This document shows, one piece after another, positions 26,340 through 38,900 of a DNA stretch of 64,000 nucleotides. The translations under genes and the position numbers were made by a program. Below the pieces are notes generated by a model that was not told the origin of the DNA, did no database searches, and saw only the letters and a list, made by a program, of their open reading frames with translations. The stretch comes from Hypanus sabinus (taxonomy: Eukaryota). The DNA is taken from assembly GCF_030144855.1 (NCBI RefSeq), contig NC_082727.1, forward strand, positions 41,850,001 through 41,914,000. Reading direction: 5' to 3'. Every line of letters starts with the position of its first letter. Within the stretch, counting starts at the first letter, position 1.

Positions 26340-28006
26340 CAGTTGAAGTCAGAAGTTTACATACACTTAGGTTGAAGTAATTAAAACTCATTGTTTAACC
26401 ACTCCGCAGATTTGACATTAGCAAATTTCAGCTTTGGCAAGATGTTGAGGACATCTACTTTGTGCATGACACAAGTATTTTCCAACAATTGCTTACAGAC
26501 AGATTATTTCACTTTGAATTGACTATATCACAGTTCCAGTGGAGAATTAGAAGAAAAGAGAAGAAAATGGAAAGAGAGGCAGCAACAACCAAAGCCCGAT
26601 CTGCCATCTGGAACCACCTGTGCTGAATGCGGAAGAACTTTCAAAGCCAAGATTGGACTCATAAGCCACTTGAGAGCCCATAACTATATCAACAGAATGA
26701 AGACCATCATCCTTGAATCTGAGGGATAGCCACGATGACAGGTCAGAAGTTTACAAACAAAATCAAAAGAAATCAGCCAAGACCTCAGAAAAAAAATTGT
26801 GGACTTCCACAAGTCTAGTTCATTCTTGGGAGCAAATTCCAAATGCCTGAAGGTACTATGTTCATCTGTACAAGCAATAGTACAAACAATATAAACACCA
26901 TGGGACCACGCAACCATCATACCGCCCAGGAAGAAGACACATTCAGTCTCCTAGAGATGAATGTACTTTGGTGCGAAAAGTGCAAATCAATTTCAGAACA
27001 ACAGCAAAGGTCCTTGTGAAGATGCTGGAGGAAACAGGTAGACAAGTATCTATATCCACAGTAAAATGAGTCCTATATCGACATAACCTGAAAGGCTGCT
27101 CAGCAAGGAAGAAGCGACTGCTCCAACACTGCCATTAAAAAGCCAGACTACAGTTTGCAAGTGCACACGGGGACAAAGATCTTACTTTCTCGAGAAAAGT
27201 CCTCTGGTCTGATGAAACAAAAATTGAACTGTTTGGCCATAATGACCATCGTTATGTTTGGAGGAAAATGAGTAAGGCTTGCAAGTCGAAGAACACCATC
27301 CCAACCGTGAAGCATGGGGGTGGCAGCATCATGTTGCGGGGGTGCTTTGCTGCAGGAGGGACTGGTGCACATCACAAAACAGATGGCATCATGAGGAAGG
27401 AAAATTATATGGATATATTGAAGCAACATCTCAAGACATCAGTCAGGAAGTTAAAGCTCGGTCACAAATGGGTCTTCCAAATGGACAATGACCCCAAGCA
27501 TCCCTCCAAAGTTGTGGCAAAATTGCTTAAGGACAACAAAGTCAAGGTATTGGAGTGGCCAACACAAAGCCCTGCCCTCAATCCGACAGAAAATTTGTGG
27601 GCACAACTGAAAAAGCGTGTGCGAGCAAGGAAGCCTACAAGCCTGACTCAGTTATACCAGTTCTGTCTGGAGGAATGGAACAAAATTCCAGCAACTTATT
27701 GTGAGAAGCTTATGGAAGGCTACCCAAAATGTTCGATCCAAGTTAAACAATTTAAAGGCAATGCTACCAAATACTAACAAATTGTATGTAAACTTCTGAC
27801 CCACTGGGAATGTGATGAAAAGAAATAAAAGCTGAAATAAATTATTCTCTCTACTATTATTCTGACATTTCACATTCTTAAAATAAAGTAGTGATCCTAA
27901 CTGATCTAAGACAAGGAATGTTTTCTAGGATTAAATGTCAGGAATTGTGAAAAACTGAGTTGAAATGTATTTGGCTAAGGTGTATGTAAACTTCTGACTT
28001 CAACTG
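26340..28006 (+). mobile_element. Sleeping Beauty-like (IR/DR, DD34E) Tc1 transposon, both ends present, transposase inactivated
   Basis: TIRs CAGTTGAAGTCAGAAGTTTACATACAC at both ends with TA TSD. Transposase from KSKEISQDLRKKIVD to FKGNATKY* (27777) with WSDETK, MDNDPKH and NPTEN; ATG deleted, +1 frameshift and two stops. Confidence 0.95.
26543..26740 (+). mobile_element. RTE-clade LINE 3' end inserted in the SB-like left IR
   Basis: CAECGRTFKAKIGLISHLRAH is an RTE C-terminal zinc finger; gagggatagccacgatga tail. Confidence 0.75.
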
Positions 28007-28849
28007 TAGAAGTGACCTGGAAGAAAATATTGAAGGGTGGGTTGGTAAGTTTGCAGATAATATGAAGATTGGTGGTGTGGCCAATAGCATAGAAGACTGG
28101 CACAGCAGGATTTAAATCAGTTGCAAATATGGGAGAACCAGAAGGCAAATGGCATGTTTGCTTTTGTTAAGAAGGCAAATGGCATGCTTCCCTTTATTAG
28201 TTGAGGTATAGTGTTCAAGAGTTAGGAAGTTATGTTGCAGCTTTATAAAACTCTAGTTAGACTGCATCTGAAGTTTTGCATAGAGTTCTGGTTGCCCCAT
28301 TATAGGAAGGGTGACTTGGCTTTGGAGCAGGTGCAGAAGAGGTTTAAAAGGATGCTGCCTGGATTAGAGTACTTGTGCTATAACAAAAGGTTGGACAAAC
28401 TTGGGTTGTTTTCTCTGGAGGGGCGAAGGCTGAGCAGAGATCTGACAGAGGTTTATAAGATTAGGAGAAGCATAGATAGAGTAGACAGACAGTATCATTT
28501 TCCCAGGATTGAAATGTCTAATATTATATCATGCCTTTAAATACCTTGCATGTAAGGTGAAAGGGGTAATTTTAAAGGAGATGTGAGAGGCATGCTTTTT
28601 AACAGAGAGAGTAATGAGTGCATGGACTGCGATGCCTGGGATGGTGGTAGAGGCAGATACATTAGGCACTGTTAAGAGACATTTAGTTAGGCATGTGAAG
28701 AGGAGGAAAGTGGAAGGATATGGACATTGTGTAGGTATAAGAGATTAGTTTCATTGGCCATTTGATTACTAATTTATTTGCTTCAGCACAACATTGTGGG
28801 CTGAAAGGCCTTTTCCTGTGCTGTTCTGTTCTATAGTCAATATTATATG

Positions 28850-29650
28850 TAACAATGGCAGATGAAGTTTAATCTGGCCAGATGTGGAGTGTTGAACTTT
28901 GGGAGATCAAATCTAAGGAGTATCCTGTCAATGGTGAAGATCCTTAATGGTGTTGATGTCAGAGGGACTTTGGAGTCCAAGTTCTGAGTTCTCTGGAAGT
29001 GGTTACACAGGTTGATAGGGCGGTAAGGAAGGCACATGGCGTGCTTGCATTCACGAGTCAGGAAATTAGCCTTTTAACACTAGTTAGGTCACGTCTGGAG
29101 TATTGTTTTCAATTTTGGTTGTTCCATTACAAAAAGAATGTCAAGGATTAGGAGAGGGTGCAGAAGAGGTTTGCAAGGATGCGGCGTGGATTAGAGGGCA
29201 TGTGCTATAAGCAGTGTTGGATAAACTTGGGTTATTTTTTCTGGAGTAGCAGAGGCTAAGGGAGATCTAATAGAGGTTTATAAGATTATGAGGGAAATCA
29301 ACAGAGGAAACAGATAGTACTTTTTACCCCCCAATGTTGAAATATCTGATACCAGGGGTAAGGTTTGAGGGGGTAAGTTCAGAGAACAAGTTTTTTTTAG
29401 GATTTGAGGGGGTAAATTCAGAGAACAAGTTTTTTTTTACCCAGAGTTCTGGGTGCCTGGAATGCACTGCCTGTGGTGGTGGAGGCAACTACAATAGAGG
29501 CTCTTAGACAGGCAGAGCCTGAATATGCAGGAAATGGAAGGATATGGACATGGGGTAGACAGAAGGGATTAGCTTAATTGAGCATTTGATTACTAATTTA
29601 GTTTGGCACAACATTGTGAGCCAAAGTGCCTGTTGCTATGATGTACTGTT
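28850..29650 (+). mobile_element. Degraded CR1 3' fragment
   Basis: CR1 RT C-terminal sequence ending in the ttctatgttcta tail. Confidence 0.8.
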
Positions 29651-30089
29651 CTATGTTCTAATTTGTAAATTGTGTGATTTTGTGTGTGAGACTTAGTAAG
29701 GTGGTAAATATGTGAGGGTATATTTAGTAGGAATGAATGATAATTGAACCTGATTGTTGTTGAGTGAGTGTTGGTGAATCCCGTGAGCTGCGTTTTGGGA
29801 GGCGGGATTTGTCGTTGTCTTCATTGCTTTTGATCACATGTAAGAGGGCATTGATGAATCATGGCTGCTCCCTCTTCGTGTTGCCTTCCCACATGGGTTT
29901 CATAATGGACTTCCTTAGCTTTCTGGGATCCTGAAGGTACGTAGAACAGAAAGCATAGAATAATACAGCACAGTACAGGCCCTTCAGCCCACAAAGTTGT
30001 GCCGACTTTTAAACCTACTCCAAAATTGACCTAACTCTTCCCTCCCACATAGCCCTCTATCTTTCTTTCATCCATGTGCCTTCTACTTA

Positions 30090-30770
30090 CTTACTGCCCG
30101 TTACACCACTGGCATTTAGGGCAGCAATGACGGTCTTCCATCTCTGGTGGTGCTCAGGGCTTCCTTCATCACATCAGTAGCTTTATCTCGGTTTTCACTA
30201 CTGTCAGTCATGCAAGTCCTGGGTGGAGACTCAGGAATACTGTCGCACTCAGATGTAGAAGGATTCTTCATTGCTGTTTCCATAACAACTTTTGCTTTAC
30301 CAATTAGGGGTTGTTAGCCCTGAGCTAACAACCATTCTCCTCTGACCTCTCTCACTGACAAGGCATTTTTGCCCACAGAACTGCCACTTAATAGATTTTT
30401 TTTGCTCTGCACACCATTCTCTTTAAACTCTAAAGACTGTTCTGCATGAAAATCCCAGAAAATCAGCAGTTTCTGAGATACTCAAACCACCAAGTCTGGC
30501 ATCAACATTCATTTCATGGTCAAAGTCACTTAGATCACACTTCTTCCCCATTCTGATGTTTGGTCTGAACAACAACTGATCCTCATAACCAAGTCTGGAG
30601 GATTGGTGGGCTACTCTTAGCCTGGCCTCTACCCATTGACCTATTTGTCTTGGGTGACCCTACCAAGGGCCAAAACATAAAGCTCAGTCTCCAGCCAGCA
30701 TAGCTCTCTGGGTCACTGAAGCATGCGGGCCTCTGAACCACGACAAGATTGTGGTCCTTTCGGAGAATGT
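30090..30770 (-). mobile_element. Short non-autonomous RTE/Expander-derived element interrupted by a Tc1 fragment (30331-30580)
   Basis: Reverse strand has an RTE-type 5'UTR (...gagagctatgctggc...cccttggtagggtcacccaagacaaataggtc) and a short simple-repeat 3' tail, with no RT. Confidence 0.5.
30331..30580 (-). mobile_element. Tc1-like transposase 5' fragment (inverted copy of 31503-31743)
   Basis: Reverse complement encodes a MGKKCDLSD...GLSISETADFLGF-type HTH. Confidence 0.75.
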
Positions 30771-31391
30771 GCCTTGCTAAGAGTCTCTTAAATGTCCTTA
30801 ATGTATCTGCCTCTACCACCTCCCCCACCTTCCTTGTACCACTCTGCTTCCAAGGCACCCAGAACTACTACAGGATATTGGCTTTATGTTCTTCTCTACT
30901 CTGCCTTGGCTTCTGGTAAGTTCCTCATGGTTTCCAGTAGCTATTGGCAGGCTATGAGTACATCCACTCATAAGAGGAGTAGAAGTGGTTTAAGCTACCA
31001 TTAGTTAGCATGAACCGTGCTGGCCATTAATGTAATTGGACTTCATGAAATAATGCTGGCTGCATGTAACAATGAAGATAATTAGGCTGGAGGTCACAAT
31101 TAATGTGCAATCAGAAATGGGCCAAATGGATGCAGGTTCAATATTCATCACAATTGCAGGGTCCATTTTCTAGTATTGTCTAATTTCTCCCCATTAACAC
31201 AATAATTAATTTATTGGATGAGGACATTACTGGCAAGGCCATAATATACTGCCATCACTCACTGTCTGAGGAAAATGATGGTGAACAGCTTTCATGAACT
31301 GTTGTAGGTCTTTTGGTGAAGTAACCCCACAATAGAGAAAGGGAGAGATTTCCAGGATTTAAGCCGAGTAATGTGTAGGAAGAGCGATATA

Positions 31392-31910
31392 CATTCAGTG
31401 ACTTCTTTATTAGGTATACTTGTTTGTTAATGCAAATATCTAATTAGCCAATCATGTGGCAGAAACTCAATGCGTAGAAGTGTGCTGACTTGGTTATGAG
31501 GATCAGTTGTTGTTCAGACCAAACATCAGAATGGGGAAGAAATGTGATCTAAGTGACTGACCGTGGAATGAATGTTGATGCCAGACTTGGTGGTTTGAGT
31601 ATCTCAGAAACTGTTGATCTTCTGGGATTTTCATGCAGAACAGTCTTTAAAGAGAATGGTGTGCAGAGCAAAAAAAATCTATTAAGTGGCAGTTCTGTGG
31701 GCAAAAATGCCTTGTCAGTGAGAGAAGTCAGAGGAGAATGGTCAGACTGGTTGAAGCTGACAGGAAACTGACAGCAACTCAAATAACCTTGCTGGTGTGC
31801 AGAAGAGGATCTGTGAATGCACACCATGCTGAACCTTGATGTGGATGGGCTACAGCAGCAGAAAGCTATGGACATACATGCAGTGGCCATTTTATTAGGC
31901 ACAGGAGGTA
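31392..31910 (+). mobile_element. Non-autonomous Tc1-like element (paired-type HTH remnant)
   Basis: TA followed by cattcagtgacttctttattagg; ORF 31553-31771 DRGMNVDARLGGLSISETVDLLGFS. Confidence 0.75.
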
Positions 31911-33699
31911 CTTCAATGTCAGACTCCTATATGACCAAGAGGAGGACCTGAAGACTGTGCTATTTGCATGTGGCTATTACGCTTCCCCTTCATGGTAGTA
32001 GATCCCATGGCTTTGGAAAGTATTATCAAAATAGTCTGTTTTGAGTAATCACAGTCATTTACTTGATGGTTCACATTGCAGTCATATTATGCTGGTGGTG
32101 AAAGATGTGAATCTTTAGTCTGGTAACTAGAAATAAGCATCAAAATGATTTTAGTTAAGAACCTATGGGAAAACAATCATATAAAAGCAACTCAAGCAAA
32201 ACAGCAAATTACATTGTTCTGCCCAATTAAATTGAGTGGTACTATACTTAAGCAGCAATATGAATGCAAAGTCATTATCTCTCGTCAGGAAAGAATGAGC
32301 TCTGTGCTGTGTGTGCATTGGTTTCTGAGCATCAGTGACATTTCTAATTAAAGAAAATAGTTTATAGGCTAGTCAGTTCTTATCAGTCATTAGAAAGTGA
32401 AACACAGAGCTGCAAATCTGCATTTTGGTCTGAGGCAGCTAATTGTGCTTTAAAATCTGAGGCAGTAATTAGTGGCGAGAGCTTTTGAGCAAAGAATTGA
32501 AATTCAGATATTGAAGCAGATGGAAGCTTCAGACATGGCAAGACAGAACTGAGGAAATAATTGGGAATTAAAGCTTTGAAAATAGGCAGAGGAAGCCCAA
32601 TGGGAATAGGACAGAAGTCACAGGAAAATGAATCTCAAGATAGTATATGGGTACATATACGTACTTTGATAACAAATTTACTTTTGATCTTTGAGGTAAG
32701 GTTGTGAATACAATTTAAAATAGTAGTTCCATTCTTTTAAGTGGAATTGAAATGCTTACTATGAAATTTTTACAGTACTTAAAACATGAATAACAACCCT
32801 ATGTTTTGGAGATATTTTCCACAGTCTTGAAAGCATGGTTCGATATTGTCATTTAAAGAAATATTGGATAGATATATGGACAGGAAAGGAATGGAGGGTT
32901 ATGGGCTGAGTAGAAGGGCCGAGATGGCCTGTTTCCGTGCTGTAATTGTTATATGGTTCAATTTAACATCTGTATGATTTTAAATTGTTGAATTTTGCTG
33001 TGTCGGTCCATGACAGAAAATTGGATCCATTTGCAACCACTGGAGACACATTCTATGGAAAGATCTTTCCTCAGTAGTAATGCCACTGTGGACATTGAGT
33101 ATTTAACCAGGGAAATACAGGTAGAGGAAAAACAGACTTGTTTTAGTCAATTAGAAATGGATGTTGAATTGTTTGATAAATTATCAATCGACAACATTGT
33201 TTTGTCAGTTTTCAAAAAAACCCCTCAAGTGGCTTCCCTCCATGAATTGGCACCGTGCCATCATTGTCTTTGGTAAACTAAATCAGTTCTCTGTATGCAT
33301 TTTGCATTTCTTTACTTTTTGCACATAAGCTGTGTAATAATGAAGTTTTGTTCCGTATCTCAAATTTTTGTCACTGATTTGTAATTTTTGGAAGCCAGGT
33401 TTCTGTTACCTGAAGTGCTAAAATGTGGGGTGGGAGGGCACTGTGTCACTCAAATGCATCCATTTTTCATTGAAATTCCGCTCATCGGAACGTTAGAGAG
33501 GCTGTGAATCATGTTAATGGAGGTGTCATTTTTTTTAAACATGAAATGGACATGATGATAACATCTATGTGCAATTCCTTCAGTTCCTTAATAATGACAG
33601 TAATTGGTTCAATAATGTGCCATGCACATCACATGCATATCACTTACTGCTCAACAAGGGGCAAATCATCCACCAATATTGACTGTGATAATCAGAATC

Positions 33700-34120
33700 A
33701 GGTTTAATATCACCAGCATATATTGTGAAATTTGTTAACCTAGCAGCAGCAGTTCAATGCCATACTTGATAACTATAAGGAAAAATAAATGAATTACAGT
33801 AAGTATATATTTGTATATTAAATAGTCAAATCTAAAAATAGAAATAATAAAAAAAAGTACAGTAGTGTTCTTGGGTTCAGTGTCCATTTAGAAATCAGAT
33901 GGCAGAGGGGAAGAAGCTGTTCCTGGATCGCTGTGTGTGTGCCTTCAGGCTTTTGTACTTCCTCCCTGACAGCATCAGTGAGAAGAAGGCATATCCTGGG
34001 TGATGAGGGTCCTTAATAATGGATGTTGCCTTTCTGAGGCACCACTCCTTGAAGGTTTCTTGGATACTACGAAGGCTAGTACCCATGATACAGCTGACTA
34101 ATTTTACAACTTTCTGTAGT
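33700..34120 (-). mobile_element. Rex1/Babar-type LINE 3' fragment
   Basis: ORF 33895-34173: SIIKDPHHPGYAFFSLMLSGRKYKSLKAHTQRSRNSFFPSAI. Confidence 0.8.
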
Positions 34121-35907
34121 AATGAGGCTATTTCTGAATCTAATGAGATGTTATGACAATCCAGTAGTTTCATGGTTACAGTGACTGAGGTAAATGCTAC
34201 TATTGCTCTCTCAATATTTCCTTATTTGGGCATCTTCACTTTAAGAAAACATTTTTGTGGTTCTCTCCCATTGCAAAGCAATGGATGCTGACACAGAAGT
34301 CACCTTCTCTTTTTGGAGCATTATTGTGTAAGAAACAAGTCTGTGCTGTTAAAGGCCCAGTGGCAGTTACCACAGGCAACCTTGGAGATGAGGGAAAGGA
34401 GAAGGGAAAGCAGAAAGTTGAGAATGAGTGGGGACTGAAGTCAGGGGAAGGGTTTGATCGCACAGTATTGGTTTGTGATCCCACACATGATATGGAGTGG
34501 CACTACCCATTACCATATAATGATTAGGCCCTGTACTGTGACTGATCTGTTATTACACCAAAGTCTAAGTTGAATTTATTTTTCATATGCACAGGTGCAA
34601 CAAAAGACTCAAGTTCAGCAGCATCACAAGCACATAAAAACATTAACAAGAAAACCACAGATTATATACATAAAATATGCCATAGTTGTACAAGAAAGGG
34701 CACATTAGAACAAAATAACCACCCTTTTTAGTACAAAAACTGATTAGAGTGGTCATGGTGCTAGACTAAAGAGATCAATGCTATGTCAGTTGGTTGAAGG
34801 GAAGTAACTGTTCCTGTACATATGGGACTTCAAGCTTCTGTACTTCCTTTGCTGATGTTAGAAGATGTGAGAAGCTGGCATGGCCCAGATGGTGGAGATC
34901 TTTGATGATGGATGTTGTCTTCTTGAGGCAATGGCTCCTGTAGATATTACCGGTGGTGGGGAAAGATGTGCCCTTGATGTGTCAGGATGACCATCTAGAC
35001 ATAGGACAAATCTGCTTGTCTGTGGGGGTGGGGGGGGGGGTGGTTTCAGTGTAAACTGATGTAGTGTATTCAGTCACCCCTTTAATTCATGTTTGACTCC
35101 TGACTTTAAACACAATGTACTCTTTGTTCTACAATGTATGAACAACAAAGTTTGTGGGCAGCTAATTTTCAATTCCACTTCTATTAATAATTCATAAACA
35201 TGCAGAGCAATGAACAACATCATATTTGTGAAAACCAAAGAGAAAGGACACCAGGGATAGGGTGAATTACAACAGGAAGCCCAATTTTTCTGGTTGATGG
35301 AACTTTTGCCAGGAATAGATACGTATAATTACTTGAAAACATGAGCAAAACATTTTTGTTTTGTGAGTGATTTACCTACAAAAGAACAGGTGCAAATGTT
35401 TATTTTTATGGAACCCACTTTCTAGGTAAACATTACTCGAATTAAAGTGTACCTACTGGAATATTAATATTTTGCCCTCTCATTGAGACTGTGCGGATGA
35501 ATACTCTTCTGAGCAGCAGGCCAGTTTTAGTGTGTCTGTGAGCTTGCAACAGCTTTTAGTTACAGAGATCCTCCCTTGTATTGTAATCCTGTCCCTGAAA
35601 GGGACTTTGAGGATGTATACATGGGTACAATCATGAGGAACTGGAGTGGGGGGAGGGGGAAATATATACTTGCATTTCAGCTCCACTGCCTGACTACCGC
35701 ACCCATTCCCCCAGCACCTCCACTGTGTTTTCCTTCATCTTTATGATAATCTATTGCTATTCTACTGCGGTTGCCATGGAAATATACACTTTAATGTACT
35801 GACTTGCATTATGGAGTCATAGAAATACACAATCAGGAACAGGCCCTTCAGCCCATCATATCCCAGTCACCCATCACAATTATCTATACTAATTCAATCT
35901 ATTCAAC

Positions 35908-38900
35908 GGTTTTTAATTCGGAGCAAGAAGGCTGCAAGTGAACTGCTGATTTTTCAGAGCGAAGGGAGTTTTTTTACTACTCTGGTTAAAGAGAGGTGAG
36001 ACTGCACTGGCGCGTGATGTCATCCAGCAGAGCGCGAAAGGTTTAAAAAAGAAGGCAGCCATATCCAGCGGGCAGTGGAGTGATAGGACTTTGGCAGTAA
36101 CGGGACAAGGTGAGGTAGGAAGTATGTGTGTGAGGCCAGTTTTCTGTGCTCGGTGTCAAATGTGGGAGGTCTTGGAGTCTCCCAGCCTCCCAGACGGCCA
36201 TGTCTGCACCAGGTGTGTCGAGCTGTAGCTCCTGAGGGACTGAGTTAGGGAACTGGAGATGCAGCTCGATGACCTTCGCCTAGTCAGGGAGAGCGAGGAG
36301 GTGATAGAGAGGAGGTCGCACCAGGGCCTCTGGAGACAGAGACAGAGAAGTGAGTCACAGTCAGGAGAGGGAAGGGGAAGAGTCAGGTACTAGAGACTAC
36401 CCCTGTGGTTGTACCCCTTGACAATAAGAATTCCTTTTTGAGTACTGTTTTGGAGGACAACCTACCTGGGGGAAGCGGCAGTGGCCGTGCCTCTGGCACA
36501 GAGTCTGGCCCTGTAGCTCAGAAGCGTAGGGAAAGGAAGAGGAAGGAAGTAGTGATAGGGGACTCTATAGTTAGGGGGTCAGACAGGCGATTCTGTGGAT
36601 TCAGGAAAGAAACTCAGATGGTAGTTTGCCTCCCAGGTGCCAGGGTCTGGGATGTTTTGGATCATGTCCAAGATATCCTGTGGTGGGAGGGAGAACAGCC
36701 AGAGGTCATGGTACATATTATGACATAGATAGGAAAAGGGAAAAGGTTCTGAAAAAAGACTACAGGGATTTAGGAAGAAAGTTGAGAAACAGGACTACAA
36801 AGGTAGTAATCTCGGGATTACTGCCTGTGCCACGCGACAGTGAGAATAGGAATATGATAAGGTGGAGGATAAATGCTTGGCTGAGGGATTGGTGCGGGGG
36901 GCAGGGATTCAGATTTCTGGATCATTGGGACCTCTTTTGGGGCAGGTGTGACCTGTACAAAAAGGACCGATTGCACTTGAATCCCAGGGGGATCAATATC
37001 CTGTTGGGGAGAGTTTAAACTAGAATTGTTGGGGTGTGGGAACCGAACTGAAGAGATTGGGGAAGAGGAGGTTAGCTCACAAATAGAGCAAGCTTGTAGA
37101 CAGTGCGAGAGGGAGGATAGGCAGGTGATAGAGAAGGGATGCGTGCAGACCAAAGGCTTGAGATGTGTCTATTTTAATGCAAGGAGTGTTATGAACAAAG
37201 TGGATGAGCTTAGAGCGTGGATCAGTACTTGGAGATATGATGTGGTGGCCATTATAGAGACTTGAATGGTTCAGGGACAGGATTGATTACTTCAAGTGCC
37301 GGGTTTTAGATGTTTCAGAAAGGACAGGGAGGGAGGCAAAAGAGGTGGGGCGTGGCACTGCTGATCAGAGATAGTGTCACCGCTGCAGAAAAGGTGGACA
37401 CCATGGAGGGATTGCCTACGGAGTCTCTGTGGGTGGAGGTTAGGAACAGGAAGGGGTCAATATCTTTACTGGGTGGTTTTTTTTATAGACCACCTAATAG
37501 TAACAGGGATACGGAGGAGCAAATAGGGAAACAGATCCTGGAAAGGTGTAATAATAACAGAGTTGTCGTGATGGAAGATTTTAATTTCCTAAATATTGAT
37601 TGGCATCTCCCTAGGTTTAGATGGGGTGAACTTTGCTAGGTTTCTTGACACAGTATGTAGATAAGCCTACAAGAGGAGAGGCTGTACTTGATTTGGTATT
37701 GGGAAATTAACCTGGTCAAGTGTCAGATCTCTCATTGGGAGAGCGTTTTGGAAATAGTGATCATAATTCTATCTCCTTTATAATAGCGTTGGAGAGAGAT
37801 AGGAACAGACAAGTTAGAAAAGTGTTTAATTGGAATAAGGGAAAATATGAGGCTATCAGGCAGGACATTGGAGGCTTAAATTGGAAACAGATGTTTTCAG
37901 GGAAAAGTACAGAAGAAATGAGGCAAATATTCAGGGATATCTGTGTAGAGCTCTGTACAGGTATGTTCCAATGAGACAGAGAAGTTATGGTGGGGTACAG
38001 GAACCATGGTGTACAAAGGCTGTAATAAATCTAGTCAAGAAGAAAAGAAAAGCTTACAAAAGGTTCAGAGAGCTAGGTAATGATAGAGATCTAGAAGATT
38101 ATAAGGCTACTAAGAAGGAGCTTAAGAAAGAAATTAGGAGAGCCAGAAGGGGCCATGAGAAGGCTTTGAAGGGCAGGATTAAGGAAAACCCCAAGGCATT
38201 CTACAAGTATGTGAAGAGCAAGAGGATAAGACATGAAAGAATAGGACCTATCAAATGTGACAGTGGGTAAGTGCGTATGGAACGGAGGAAATAGCAGAGG
38301 TACTTAATGAATACTTTACTTCAGTATTCACTGTGGAAAAGGATCTTAGTGATTGTAGTGATGACTTGCAGCAGACTGAAAAGCTTGAGCTTGTAAATAT
38401 TAAGAAAGAGGTTGTGGTGGAGCTTTTGGGAAAACATCAAGTTGGATAAGTTGCTGGGACCGAATGAAATGTACCCCAGGCTACTGTGGGAAGCGAGGGA
38501 GGAGATTGCTGAGCTTCTGGTGATGATCTTTGCATCATCAATGGGGACGGGAGAGGGTCCCGAGGGTTGGAGGGTTGTGGATGTTGTTCCTTTATTCAAG
38601 AAAGTGAGTAGAGATAGCCCAGGAAATTATATATCAATGAGTCTTACCTCAGTGGTTGGTAAGTTGATGGATAAGATCCTGAAAGGCAGGATTTATGAAC
38701 ATTTGGAGAGGTATAATATGTTTGGAGTAGTCAGCAAGGCTTTGCAAAGGGCAGGTCATGCCTTATGAGTCTGATTGATCTTTTTGAGGATGTGACTAAA
38801 CACATTGAGGAAGGAAGAGTAGTAGATGTAGTATATATGGATTTCAGCAAGGCATTTGGTAAGGTACCCAATGCAAGGCTTATTGAGAAAGTATGGAGGC

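Larger units (their letters stand above)
25850..28800 (+). mobile_element. Degraded CR1 LINE 3' part, interrupted by the SB-like element
   Basis: RT motifs continue across the insertion (ctgcagttgtgatata|...|gacctggaagaaaat...aagtttgcagat); ORF 28232-28540 is CR1 C-terminal. Confidence 0.85.
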
